DNA of 64,000 nt from a virus, in IMG/VR virus record IMGVR_UViG_3300035034_002798, positions 32,001-96,000 of that record; one strand, 5' to 3'. Both the position numbers and the translations under genes were made by a program. The notes under the pieces are model-generated. The model saw only the letters and a list, made by a program, of their open reading frames with translations. It did not search any database and was not told the DNA's origin. Of the stretch, positions 28,834 to 36,692 are shown one piece after another (within the stretch, counting starts at the first letter, position 1; each line of letters starts with the position of its first letter).

Positions 28834-30048
28834 ATGTTATTAGTTAAACCAGTACTAAAATGCGATTTAAACTGCGATTATTGTTACGAACACCAGGAAG
28901 GACTTTTAGAATCAGATAAGTCCAATGTAGAAACTGATATAGAACTAATGAAAGAGTCGATAGAAAAACATCATGAAAGATTTGGCAATAGAGATGGGAT
29001 CACAATCCACGGTGGTGAGCCGCTACTGCTTCCGATAGACGAGTTAGAAGAATTGATTAGATTTTCAAACGAGATTCTGGATAAAAACGATCTAGGAAAA
29101 AAAGTAGGAATCCAAACAAATGGAAATCTTATCACCGATGAGCATGTAGAATTATTTAAAAAACATGATGTTGGTGTTGGAATTTCTTTTGATGGATTCG
29201 GTGACTTGAATGATCTAAGAGGTTATCCAGATGTTGAAAGAACAAAAGAATACACTAACAGACTTGAAGATACTCTTAAAAAACTGGTAGATGCTGGTGT
29301 ACGCCCAGGTTTTATTTCCGTATTGCACCAAGGTAATGTTGGCACTGATGAAAAATTAGACAAGTTTTTAAACTTTTTAAGAAGATTAGAAGAAGAATTT
29401 GATATTACAGGTGGTAGGTTAAACCTTGCATTCATAGATGGAGATACTCCAGAAATAGAACTAAGTAGAGAGAGAGCTGCAATAGTTTATGAAAGACTAG
29501 CTGAATACGTCCTGAGTTCGCCTCGTAGAAGATATAATCCTTTTAGGGAATTTGCTGACAACTTAATGGGATACGGATTAGGCTGCTGCACTCAAACAAA
29601 GTGCGAACCTTTCAAAACACCAGCAGGCAGGGTTGTATTACCAGACGGAGACCTTTCTACGTGTGTAAAACAGGTAGATGAAGGCGGTAATCCAATTCCT
29701 TTTGATGATAATAGTTTTACTGGTAGACATGAGTTATTATTACAGAAAGACTGCCAAGGATGCCGTTTCTTCAAGGTGTGTTACGGTGGTTGTCCAGGAA
29801 GAGCAAGAGACGATGATTATATGAGAAAAGATCATTATTGTAAAGCAACTTTTAAAACTTATGCTTACATCACAGAGAGAATGCAGTCCATGTTTCCACA
29901 TATAGACCTAGTAGTAGATGAACCGATAAGAATAGAAGATGAACATAAAGATTACAGAAATAGATCCGGCAGAAACAGTAAGCACAATCCATTCAAGAGA
30001 ATGCATGCTCAAAGATCTTTATTTGACAGCAGTAAATTAAATAGATAG
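28834..30048 (+). CDS. Radical SAM/SPASM peptide maturase (anSME / cyclophane-forming-enzyme-like)
   Basis: CDLNCDYC, HGGEPLL, IQTNG, ISFDG; SPASM cysteines GCC...C...C...CQGCRFFKVCYGGCP...YC; ATG 28834 follows AAGGGGGAG SD. Confidence 0.92.
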   Translation: MLLVKPVLKCDLNCDYCYEHQEGLLESDKSNVETDIELMKESIEKHHERFGNRDGITIHGGEPLLLPIDELEELIRFSNEILDKNDLGKKVGIQTNGNLITDEHVELFKKHDVGVGISFDGFGDLNDLRGYPDVERTKEYTNRLEDTLKKLVDAGVRPGFISVLHQGNVGTDEKLDKFLNFLRRLEEEFDITGGRLNLAFIDGDTPEIELSRERAAIVYERLAEYVLSSPRRRYNPFREFADNLMGYGLGCCTQTKCEPFKTPAGRVVLPDGDLSTCVKQVDEGGNPIPFDDNSFTGRHELLLQKDCQGCRFFKVCYGGCPGRARDDDYMRKDHYCKATFKTYAYITERMQSMFPHIDLVVDEPIRIEDEHKDYRNRSGRNSKHNPFKRMHAQRSLFDSSKLNR

Positions 30049-30065
30049 AGAAAGAAGGTGCTAGG

Positions 30066-30395
30066 ATGGGAGGACATACAGACTACCCCCATGATAATTG
30101 GGGGGTAGATTCTGATAGACTAAAAGGAGAAAACGTAAAAGACGCCAGGGATATCAAAAATAATGATAGTAAGTTCAGAGGGAATGTGGTAGATAACGAC
30201 GCAAAGCAAAGCAACCATATTCCAGAAAATGACGACAAGGCAAGGTGGACACATTTCGACCACAGTGATTACACAGACACTCATCGGGATTATGGTTATG
30301 ATGTTTATACAAATACCGGTCATGATGACCACACAAATAGTGGCCACGACGATCACACAAATTCTGGGCATGATACACATACTGACAGAGGTTAG
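30066..30395 (+). CDS. Putative radical-SAM substrate peptide 1, His/Tyr-x-Asp/Asn repeats
   Basis: 12 [HY]x[DN] triplets; 8-aa repeat HDDHTNSG; GAAGGTG SD. Confidence 0.8.
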   Translation: MGGHTDYPHDNWGVDSDRLKGENVKDARDIKNNDSKFRGNVVDNDAKQSNHIPENDDKARWTHFDHSDYTDTHRDYGYDVYTNTGHDDHTNSGHDDHTNSGHDTHTDRG

Positions 30396-30426
30396 TAATA
30401 TCAAAAGAAGATAGAGGTGATTTAAT

Positions 30427-30744
30427 TTGGGATATGATTTATATGTAGATGATTACGCTAAATATGATAAAACAGGATCTTATGATGCTGGATCATACGG
30501 GGACGGTCATTCGGACGACTCTGGTAGTGGTTATAGTGATGATGGTGGTTATAGCGAGTCAAGTCATGATACTCACAGCGATCACGATACGCACAGCAAC
30601 TATGGTCATGATACGCATTCAAATTACGGCTATGATGATCATAATGACAATGGTAGTCACGATAACCACACAGACGGAACCTACAATCAGCATACAGATG
30701 CTCCCCACGACAATAGTCACAGCGATTCTCCAGATTTATGGTAG
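30427..30744 (+). CDS. Putative radical-SAM substrate peptide 2, His/Tyr-x-Asp/Asn repeats
   Basis: 14 [HY]x[DN] triplets; 8-aa repeat HDTHSNYG; GAGGTGA SD before TTG. Confidence 0.8.
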   Translation: MGYDLYVDDYAKYDKTGSYDAGSYGDGHSDDSGSGYSDDGGYSESSHDTHSDHDTHSNYGHDTHSNYGYDDHNDNGSHDNHTDGTYNQHTDAPHDNSHSDSPDLW

Positions 30745-30775
30745 ATTATTTTCTTTTAACAAGAAAAACTGGAAA

Positions 30776-30840
30776 TGGTTAGGAAAATCTTTTTCGACTT
30801 GGCAAAACACCCCCTAAAACGGGTATTATATATATAGAAG
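30776..30840 (+). promoter_or_regulatory. Conserved promoter motif, copy C, upstream of packaging/tRNA/head genes
   Basis: TGGTTAG...cgacTTGGCA(30799)-N19-TATTAT(30824)atatataga. Confidence 0.75.
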
Positions 30841-30879
30841 CACATTTAAATAAAGGCGTGCTTACAGGAGTGACAACGG

Positions 30880-31038
30880 ATGAAATGCAACAAATGCCAC
30901 AGCAATGTTCAGAAAATATTACTAGACAATAGGAAAAAGCCCAGCATGTATGCATATTACTGTAGTAACTGCGGCAATTTCTGGGTTAAGTTAGAAAATG
31001 ACGATGATAAGGATAGTCAGAGCAGGGAAAACTCATAA
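30880..31038 (+). CDS. Small Zn-ribbon protein (52 aa)
   Basis: AGGAG SD; MKCNKC...YYCSNCGNFW. Confidence 0.65.
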   Translation: MKCNKCHSNVQKILLDNRKKPSMYAYYCSNCGNFWVKLENDDDKDSQSRENS

Positions 31039-31075
31039 ACCAGCCTGGAGCTCGGCTATCCTTCATATATAGATT

Positions 31076-31753
31076 ATGGAGGTTGAAGTTATGAGCGATT
31101 CTCAAGAAGTTATAGAACAAGAAGCAGAAGACAACTATCCCAGTGAATGGAATCTCTCAGAAGAGGGGAAGAGAAATATAGCCCACGCAAAGACAGAGCA
31201 ACAGGTTAAGCACGGTCTTTATGCCGGCATACCTATGATATGTCTTGATGATAAATGTCCTTACAAGGAGACGTGTGGCTATTACAAAAACGATAATGCC
31301 CCAGAAGGAGAGCGTTGTCCAAAAGAGATCGCAAAAGTATTAGACCTTTATGAGAAATACAGTAAACAAATGGGTTTAGAAAGTAAAGACATGGTTGAAT
31401 TATCACTGCTTAAAGAGGTAATAGACCTTGACATAAAAATAGACAGGGCTGACAGGAAACAGGCGGCTGATCCAGATTTAATTAATGATGTGCCGGTAGC
31501 TGTTAGTGATTCTGGTAAGGTAATCAGAAAGCCAGAGATCAATAAAGTAGCTGAGTTAAAAGATAAGCTATTAGATAGAAGACATAAGATATTAAGTTAC
31601 CTGAATGCAACACCAAAAGACCAATCAGCTGATAAACTCGAGATATCTCAGGATCCAAGTACTTATGCTGCCAAGCTTCTGAAAAAGAAGCAGGAATCAG
31701 AAAAGGAAAAGACTGTTGAGATAGAGGCAGAGTCGGAAGCTGAAGAAGAATAA
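31076..31753 (+). CDS. Probable terminase small subunit
   Basis: KHGLYA motif, helical body, position at the head of the packaging region. Confidence 0.55.
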   Translation: MEVEVMSDSQEVIEQEAEDNYPSEWNLSEEGKRNIAHAKTEQQVKHGLYAGIPMICLDDKCPYKETCGYYKNDNAPEGERCPKEIAKVLDLYEKYSKQMGLESKDMVELSLLKEVIDLDIKIDRADRKQAADPDLINDVPVAVSDSGKVIRKPEINKVAELKDKLLDRRHKILSYLNATPKDQSADKLEISQDPSTYAAKLLKKKQESEKEKTVEIEAESEAEEE

Positions 31754-32333
31754 ATCATTCCCTAGTCTTTTCAATAAATTTTTATAGATTGATACAAACC
31801 AAATTAAATCCCTCGCAACAAATACTCCCTCCAATAGGAGTGCCCTCATGAGTGGTACTCCTATAACACATCCATTCAAGGAGGCTTTCCAATGAAAAGA
31901 CAATTAGACGAAAACAGATTAGTAGATGTATATGTTCACAATAGACTGGATGAGATCATTATCTCCAGAAAGAACACTCAGGAGGAGATAAATCAAAGGA
32001 CCAAAAATCTAGCCTTAAATAGATTACAAAAAAATAACCCTTCACAATAACTATAACTAAGATAAGGAGAGGGTAATAATGTTAAAAGAAATCGCAGATG
32101 CTATTTTTAAGGCAGGCGAAATGGAAGCAAAGGCAAGAGATTTTAGAGAAGATTCTTTAGAGAAGATTCTTTAGATAAGGCAATGAAACACGGATATTTC
32201 CTATAAGTAATATAACTTTATAAGAGGTGGTAATAATGAAAATCAATGTATGTGAAGATTGCGGCCATGAAAATAGAATGTCAATAGACCATTATTGTAA
32301 TAGATGTAGTAATGACTTAATGTAGAACTTTAA

Positions 32334-32410
32334 CTGACTGTAGCCTAGTTTGGTAGGGAACTTCGTTTGGGACGAAGGAGTCGTAGGTTCAAATCCTACC
32401 AGTCATACCA
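32334..32410 (+). tRNA. tRNA-Pro(UGG)
   Basis: Anticodon arm cttcg-ttTGGga-cgaag, GGTTCAAATCC, CCA. Confidence 0.88.
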
Positions 32411-32413
32411 TTT

Positions 32414-32486
32414 TGCAGGGAGGATTGGTGTCCAGTCGAGGTTCATAATCTCGCTTTCGCGTGTTCGATTCACGCCCCTGCTCCCA
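32414..32486 (+). tRNA. tRNA-Met(CAU), possibly initiator-like, short D arm
   Basis: cgagg-ttCATaa-tctcg, GTTCGATTC, 1:72 mismatch, CCA. Confidence 0.75.
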
Positions 32487-32577
32487 ATTTATAAATAAAT
32501 CCGCTCCGTTGAGTGGATAAGTAATAGATAAGTAATAGAAATGACAAATAAGAGAGGCCATGAGCGCCCCTCAGTAA

Positions 32578-32653
32578 AGTAGAATAGCTCAGTTGGTAGA
32601 GCAGCTCACTGTTAATGAGAAGATCTCAGGTTCGAATCCTGATTCTACTGCCA
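32578..32653 (+). tRNA. tRNA-Asn(GUU)
   Basis: TAGCTCAGTTGGTAGAGC, ctGTTaa loop, GGTTCGAATCC, CCA. Confidence 0.92.
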
Positions 32654-32662
32654 TATTTACTT

Positions 32663-32816
32663 GTTATAAGGAATAAAGGAAGGAATAATAACTGAAGTTT
32701 TGTATTAGTGGGATGTGATCATTTCTTAAAGTACAGAATGAGAGTTTAAAGATTAGTTACATAATTCTAGAATAAGTGCTAATTAATTCGCAGGTTCGAA
32801 TCCAGCCCTTATAGCA
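32663..32816 (+). other. tRNA-like element: acceptor stem and T arm enclosing an AT-rich insert
   Basis: gttataagg...gcaGGTTCGAATCCagc-ccttatagc. Confidence 0.45.
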
Positions 32817-32878
32817 AAAAGTTTTATCCCCGGGAGTAACGGAGATTGATAGAGAATATTACTCATTCGTAAGTAAAT

Positions 32879-32963
32879 GTAAGGATGGCCGAGTGGTTGA
32901 AGGCGCGAGATTGTAAATCTCGTACACGAAGAAACAGCGGAGGTTAAAATCCTCCTCCTTATA
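32879..32963 (+). tRNA. tRNA-Tyr(GUA), atypical T loop, no encoded CCA
   Basis: GGCCGAGTGG D arm, cgaga-ttGTAaa-tctcg, T loop TTAAAAT. Confidence 0.8.
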
Positions 32964-32967
32964 CTAT

Positions 32968-33043
32968 GGACCCATAGCTCAACCGGCAGAGTCGCCGGCT
33001 CATAACCGGCTTGTTGCAAGTTCGATTCTTGCTGGGTCCACCA
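32968..33043 (+). tRNA. tRNA with CAU anticodon, likely Ile2 (lysidine type)
   Basis: GGACCCA acceptor, gccgg-ctCATaa-ccggc, CCA; resembles Firmicutes tRNA-Ile2. Confidence 0.85.
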
Positions 33044-33049
33044 TAATAT

Positions 33050-33101
33050 GGACAAGAAACCAGGCGGTACATTTTCGAGAGGTTCGATTCCTCTATTGTC
33101 C
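33050..33101 (+). other. Truncated tRNA-like minihelix
   Basis: ggacaa...agaGGTTCGATTCCtct-a-ttgtcc, no anticodon arm. Confidence 0.5.
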
Positions 33102-33477
33102 TTTGAATAAAAACGCAGAAAGATGAAAAGGGGTAGTTTAAATGTTCAAATTATTTATGAAAGTATTTGGGATATATAAAGGCGAAACGATCATTAGACA
33201 CGGTTCGCTATCTGGAGTTTATGAAGTTTACGAATTTTTCGGTAAGAACTTCGAATTCAAAAAATAAAAAAGTAGGTGTCAGCCTATGTACAAAAAGTTC
33301 ACTGAGTATGTAAATAGAATAGACGATATTGATAAACTTATGAAAGAGTTTATTATTATTAACCGAATCATCAGCAATCAAATAAAGAAAAGGCGGCACT
33401 TGAATGTAAAAATACTCAGAGAAATGTCTTATAAACTTTTTATAATCTCCAATAAAATAATAAATACACAATAGAGA

Positions 33478-34077
33478 GTGATAATAATGGAACTAAAAAC
33501 AAACCCCGATTTACACCCACCGCTTAATGAATCATCCACACACTACCTACTCAAACTCGTGGCAAGTAAGTACTTAAAAGATAAAAAGAACTGTAAGTTT
33601 ATTGCCAAAGAGGTCTACGTAGGAGACGAAAAAAATCCCTATTTAAATTCAAAATACAGAACTACAAAACAAATAACAGATGTAATTGGAATGACTGTAA
33701 GAGGCCGCAAGAAAAGAAGGACGGCTTTTAATATAGAAGTTAAGGTATCAAAGGAAGACTTCAAAGCAGGATACACACTTGCAGGAGACTATAATTACAT
33801 AATGGCTCCAAAAAATGTGCTTACTCGTGATGATATGCCTCCTAAAGTGGGGCTTGTTGAGGTTGACCTGGATAAATTAAACTTTGAGCTTGATGGTGTC
33901 CAATCGATCAAGAATGCAACCAAGATGCACGAGGAAGTAGTTAAATTTAGAAATAACTATTATAAACAGAGTTATTACAACTTTCTTGAGAGTCAAGTAA
34001 TAGGAAGTTTAACTAACGAAATAATATACAACAATCCCTGGTTTTATCAGGATGTTGATATAAAAAAGGGCGGATAA
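33478..34077 (+). CDS. PD-(D/E)xK nuclease-fold protein (MmcB-like)
   Basis: TDVIG...NIEVKVSKEDFK...YNYIMAP...GLVEV. Confidence 0.7.
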   Translation: MIIMELKTNPDLHPPLNESSTHYLLKLVASKYLKDKKNCKFIAKEVYVGDEKNPYLNSKYRTTKQITDVIGMTVRGRKKRRTAFNIEVKVSKEDFKAGYTLAGDYNYIMAPKNVLTRDDMPPKVGLVEVDLDKLNFELDGVQSIKNATKMHEEVVKFRNNYYKQSYYNFLESQVIGSLTNEIIYNNPWFYQDVDIKKGG

Positions 34078-34080
34078 TAA

Positions 34081-34308
34081 ATGAAAGATTCAGTAAGAGG
34101 AATTATCAGAGAAAGAATTGCAAATGAAAAACCAGAACATTTAAATGGCTTTGATGAAGGCTGGCTTGAGATAGTAGAAAATGACTTCCAAATAGAAGAA
34201 TCAGAAGATAAAGAAGATAAAGAAGATGGCCCGGCCAGAGGAAAATCAATTCAAGTATTTAGCAATGAGAATGGTTTTAAGAAAATAGTAACTACAGTAA
34301 TAATTTAA
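34081..34308 (+). CDS. Hypothetical protein
   Basis: Coupled ORF. Confidence 0.55.
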   Translation: MKDSVRGIIRERIANEKPEHLNGFDEGWLEIVENDFQIEESEDKEDKEDGPARGKSIQVFSNENGFKKIVTTVII

Positions 34309-34314
34309 TTTTAA

Positions 34315-34390
34315 GCTAATGTAGCTCAGTAGGTAGAGTAGCTCATTTGTAACGAGCAGGTCGCGGGTTCAATTCCTGTCATTAGCTCCA
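34315..34390 (+). tRNA. tRNA-Thr(UGU)
   Basis: ttTGTaa loop, GGTTCAATTCC, CCA. Confidence 0.9.
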
Positions 34391-34401
34391 TTTTATATAT
34401 T

Positions 34402-34476
34402 AGGAGAGTAGCTCAATTGGTAGAGCAGTGGACTCCAAATCCATGTGTATGGGTTCAAAACCTGTCTCTCCTGCCA
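34402..34476 (+). tRNA. tRNA-Trp(CCA)
   Basis: gtgga-ctCCAaa-tccat, aggagag/ctctcct acceptor, CCA. Confidence 0.9.
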
Positions 34477-34499
34477 ATTTTTAAAATATAACGAGAGAG

Positions 34500-34967
34500 G
34501 TGAACGATATGGCTTTAATGAGTAATTTAGGAAGTACATTAGGAGATTTTGCTGGTAAAGCCGCAAGAGGAGTTTCTGACGGAGCATCTGGAATAGCAAA
34601 AGTCGGAAAGCACATTTCGAATCAACCCATAGAATCAGCTTCGAGCTTTTGGACCAAAAACGGTGCAAAAGTACTGGGCGGCGCCACTATAGGAGCTGGC
34701 GTAGGAGCTGGATCTGCAGCAGTAACAGGAAACAGTATAATTAAAGGTGGGTTAATGGGGGCCGCTGGTGGAGCAACAGCAGGTGGAGCTATAAGCCACG
34801 GTGGTGGAATGGACGCAATTAAAGGTCAATTCACCAAAGGCTCATCCGCATCTAAGGTTAGTAGAACCGCAAAGTCGGTTAATGAGGGTGCAATTAATGC
34901 AACCAAAAGAACAATGAATGCGGCCGCCAAAAACAATGCTAGGAAAACCGGCAGAACAGTACTTTAA
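34500..34967 (+). CDS. Gly/Ala-rich protein with glycine-zipper segments
   Basis: GGATIGAGVGAGSA, GGLMGAAGGATAGG; likely start ATG 34509. Confidence 0.7.
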   Translation: MNDMALMSNLGSTLGDFAGKAARGVSDGASGIAKVGKHISNQPIESASSFWTKNGAKVLGGATIGAGVGAGSAAVTGNSIIKGGLMGAAGGATAGGAISHGGGMDAIKGQFTKGSSASKVSRTAKSVNEGAINATKRTMNAAAKNNARKTGRTVL

Positions 34968-34979
34968 AGTAGGTAAGCA

Positions 34980-35558
34980 ATGAATATTTATAGAAAAGCC
35001 TTAGACGGTGTATTCTCTGGACTGCTTAAAGGGGCCAAAAACCTAGCAATAGCCCCTTTAGCCGGTGCAGTTAGCGGTTCAGTATTAAAAGACATACCAG
35101 AAAATATACTCAATACAGTGGGCATGAAAAAGGGCCTCGGAGGTTTAATGTATAACGCATCCAATGCTGCGGCACAGGGAGCGTCAATGGCTGGAATATC
35201 AGCGGCTAAAGCAGCACCCGGTGTTGCTAAGACATTAGGATCTGGAGCGCACAAATTCGCAAAAGAAGTTGCTCCCGGTTTGAAAAAGGGTGCAGTTAAT
35301 ACCTTCAAAGCCTTAACAGTAGAAGCCCCAGATGAAGCAATGGGTAGAATGCTTAGACCTGCAGTTCAGAACACAGTTGCGGGTACAGCAGTTGCCGGTG
35401 GAATATACGCTGGAGTTAAATCGTACAACACCTCAAAACATCAAGTAGCAAATACTGAAAATACAATGCCCACATCCGGTTATGATGGTAGACCAAATAA
35501 AAGACAGGATGTAGAAAATACTATGGGCCTAGTTCAGGCATTAAATGATTTAAGATAA
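34980..35558 (+). CDS. Gly/Ala-rich basic hypothetical protein
   Basis: 192-aa ORF with SD. Confidence 0.7.
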   Translation: MNIYRKALDGVFSGLLKGAKNLAIAPLAGAVSGSVLKDIPENILNTVGMKKGLGGLMYNASNAAAQGASMAGISAAKAAPGVAKTLGSGAHKFAKEVAPGLKKGAVNTFKALTVEAPDEAMGRMLRPAVQNTVAGTAVAGGIYAGVKSYNTSKHQVANTENTMPTSGYDGRPNKRQDVENTMGLVQALNDLR

Positions 35559-35571
35559 GGAGCTAATCGCT

Positions 35572-35985
35572 ATGGATAAAAATGTAGCAGGAAAATGGTT
35601 AAAAAAACATGGTGATTTTGTAAAAGGAGTAAGTGCAGGAGCCGCGATAGATGTAGGAATGGAACTTGCAATGGGTAACGGCTTAGGCAAAGGCTTAAAG
35701 AATGCCGCTATTGAAGGTTTAATGTTTGAAATGTTCCCTGCAGTAGGTCTTTCGACTATGGTAGTAGCTCCTCTGGCAACAGTTGGAGCGCAATTAGGTA
35801 AGGCTCATTATGACAACGATAAAGCTCAGTATAATGAAATGTTTGATGACAGTCTTGGCGGAGGCTATCAGGACACACAATCGGCCTACACAATGAGGCA
35901 GAGAGGTATGCAGGCGATACAGAACAGCAGAATGAACTCAAGAAGTGCCCTCGGTAATACAGCAAGAATGAAACATAGATTATAA
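35572..35985 (+). CDS. Hypothetical protein with hydrophobic segment
   Basis: AAGGAG SD. Confidence 0.7.
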   Translation: MDKNVAGKWLKKHGDFVKGVSAGAAIDVGMELAMGNGLGKGLKNAAIEGLMFEMFPAVGLSTMVVAPLATVGAQLGKAHYDNDKAQYNEMFDDSLGGGYQDTQSAYTMRQRGMQAIQNSRMNSRSALGNTARMKHRL

Positions 35986-36000
35986 AGGAAGTGACTATAA

Positions 36001-36669
36001 ATGGCAAGTTTTATGGGAAAAGCAAGAAAAATACTCTCAAATGCAGCCAATGAGATAGGGCAAAAAGCAACCAAATTAGGAGACGATGTTGGAAGCACAG
36101 TAAACAGGGCTTTTAATAGGTCAAGTGGTTATGAAGACATAATGGGCGAAGTTGGAGGCAAAGTGGGAAGAACTGCAAATGATGCCACCACAAAAGCCGC
36201 ATCCCAAGGCGACGATCTGGCTAAAGCTAGCTGGGCAAAAAGAAATGCTACGGAGAGAGGAAGAAATTATAACAACTCTTCCAGTACTACTAGAAAAAAC
36301 CTCAGAAACGCTAGAACTGTTAATAACCCCCAAAGAGCTAAAGAATTGGAAGTTGATGAGATCACTCGTGGTATTGATAACTATAATGCTCATAGCAAAG
36401 CAAATAAAGCTAGTGTTGGTCAAAATACCACTATCAATGCAAACAAGAAAGTATCCCAAGAGGGCGTATCAAGCAATGGTAAAAGAACTCTAACCAGTAA
36501 CAACTCACTTAGTTCAGATGGTTATACTAGAAAGAAAAGTGGTTTACTGGCAAGTGCAAAAAGACATCCAGTAGTAACCGGTACACTTGCGGCTGGCGGA
36601 GTTGGAACAGTTGGATACATGTCAGGTAAAAAAGGTAGAAGAGAAAACAACGATCTTTTTAGAAGATAA
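36001..36669 (+). CDS. Basic hypothetical protein with C-terminal TM-like segment
   Basis: 222-aa ORF with SD. Confidence 0.7.
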   Translation: MASFMGKARKILSNAANEIGQKATKLGDDVGSTVNRAFNRSSGYEDIMGEVGGKVGRTANDATTKAASQGDDLAKASWAKRNATERGRNYNNSSSTTRKNLRNARTVNNPQRAKELEVDEITRGIDNYNAHSKANKASVGQNTTINANKKVSQEGVSSNGKRTLTSNNSLSSDGYTRKKSGLLASAKRHPVVTGTLAAGGVGTVGYMSGKKGRRENNDLFRR

Positions 36670-36692
36670 ATAAATTACGATAAGGTGAGATT

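Noticed and set aside
30066-30395. Stop-codon read-through joining the two repeat peptides
   Set aside because: They are in different frames and the second has its own SD
30120-30817. Alternative-frame Met/Ile/Thr-rich ORFs over the repeat peptides
   Set aside because: Shadows of the His/Asp repeats with no SD; the His/Asp frames have good SDs
32783-33055. Minus-strand ORFs over tRNA genes (also 34393..34668)
   Set aside because: Antisense to clear tRNAs
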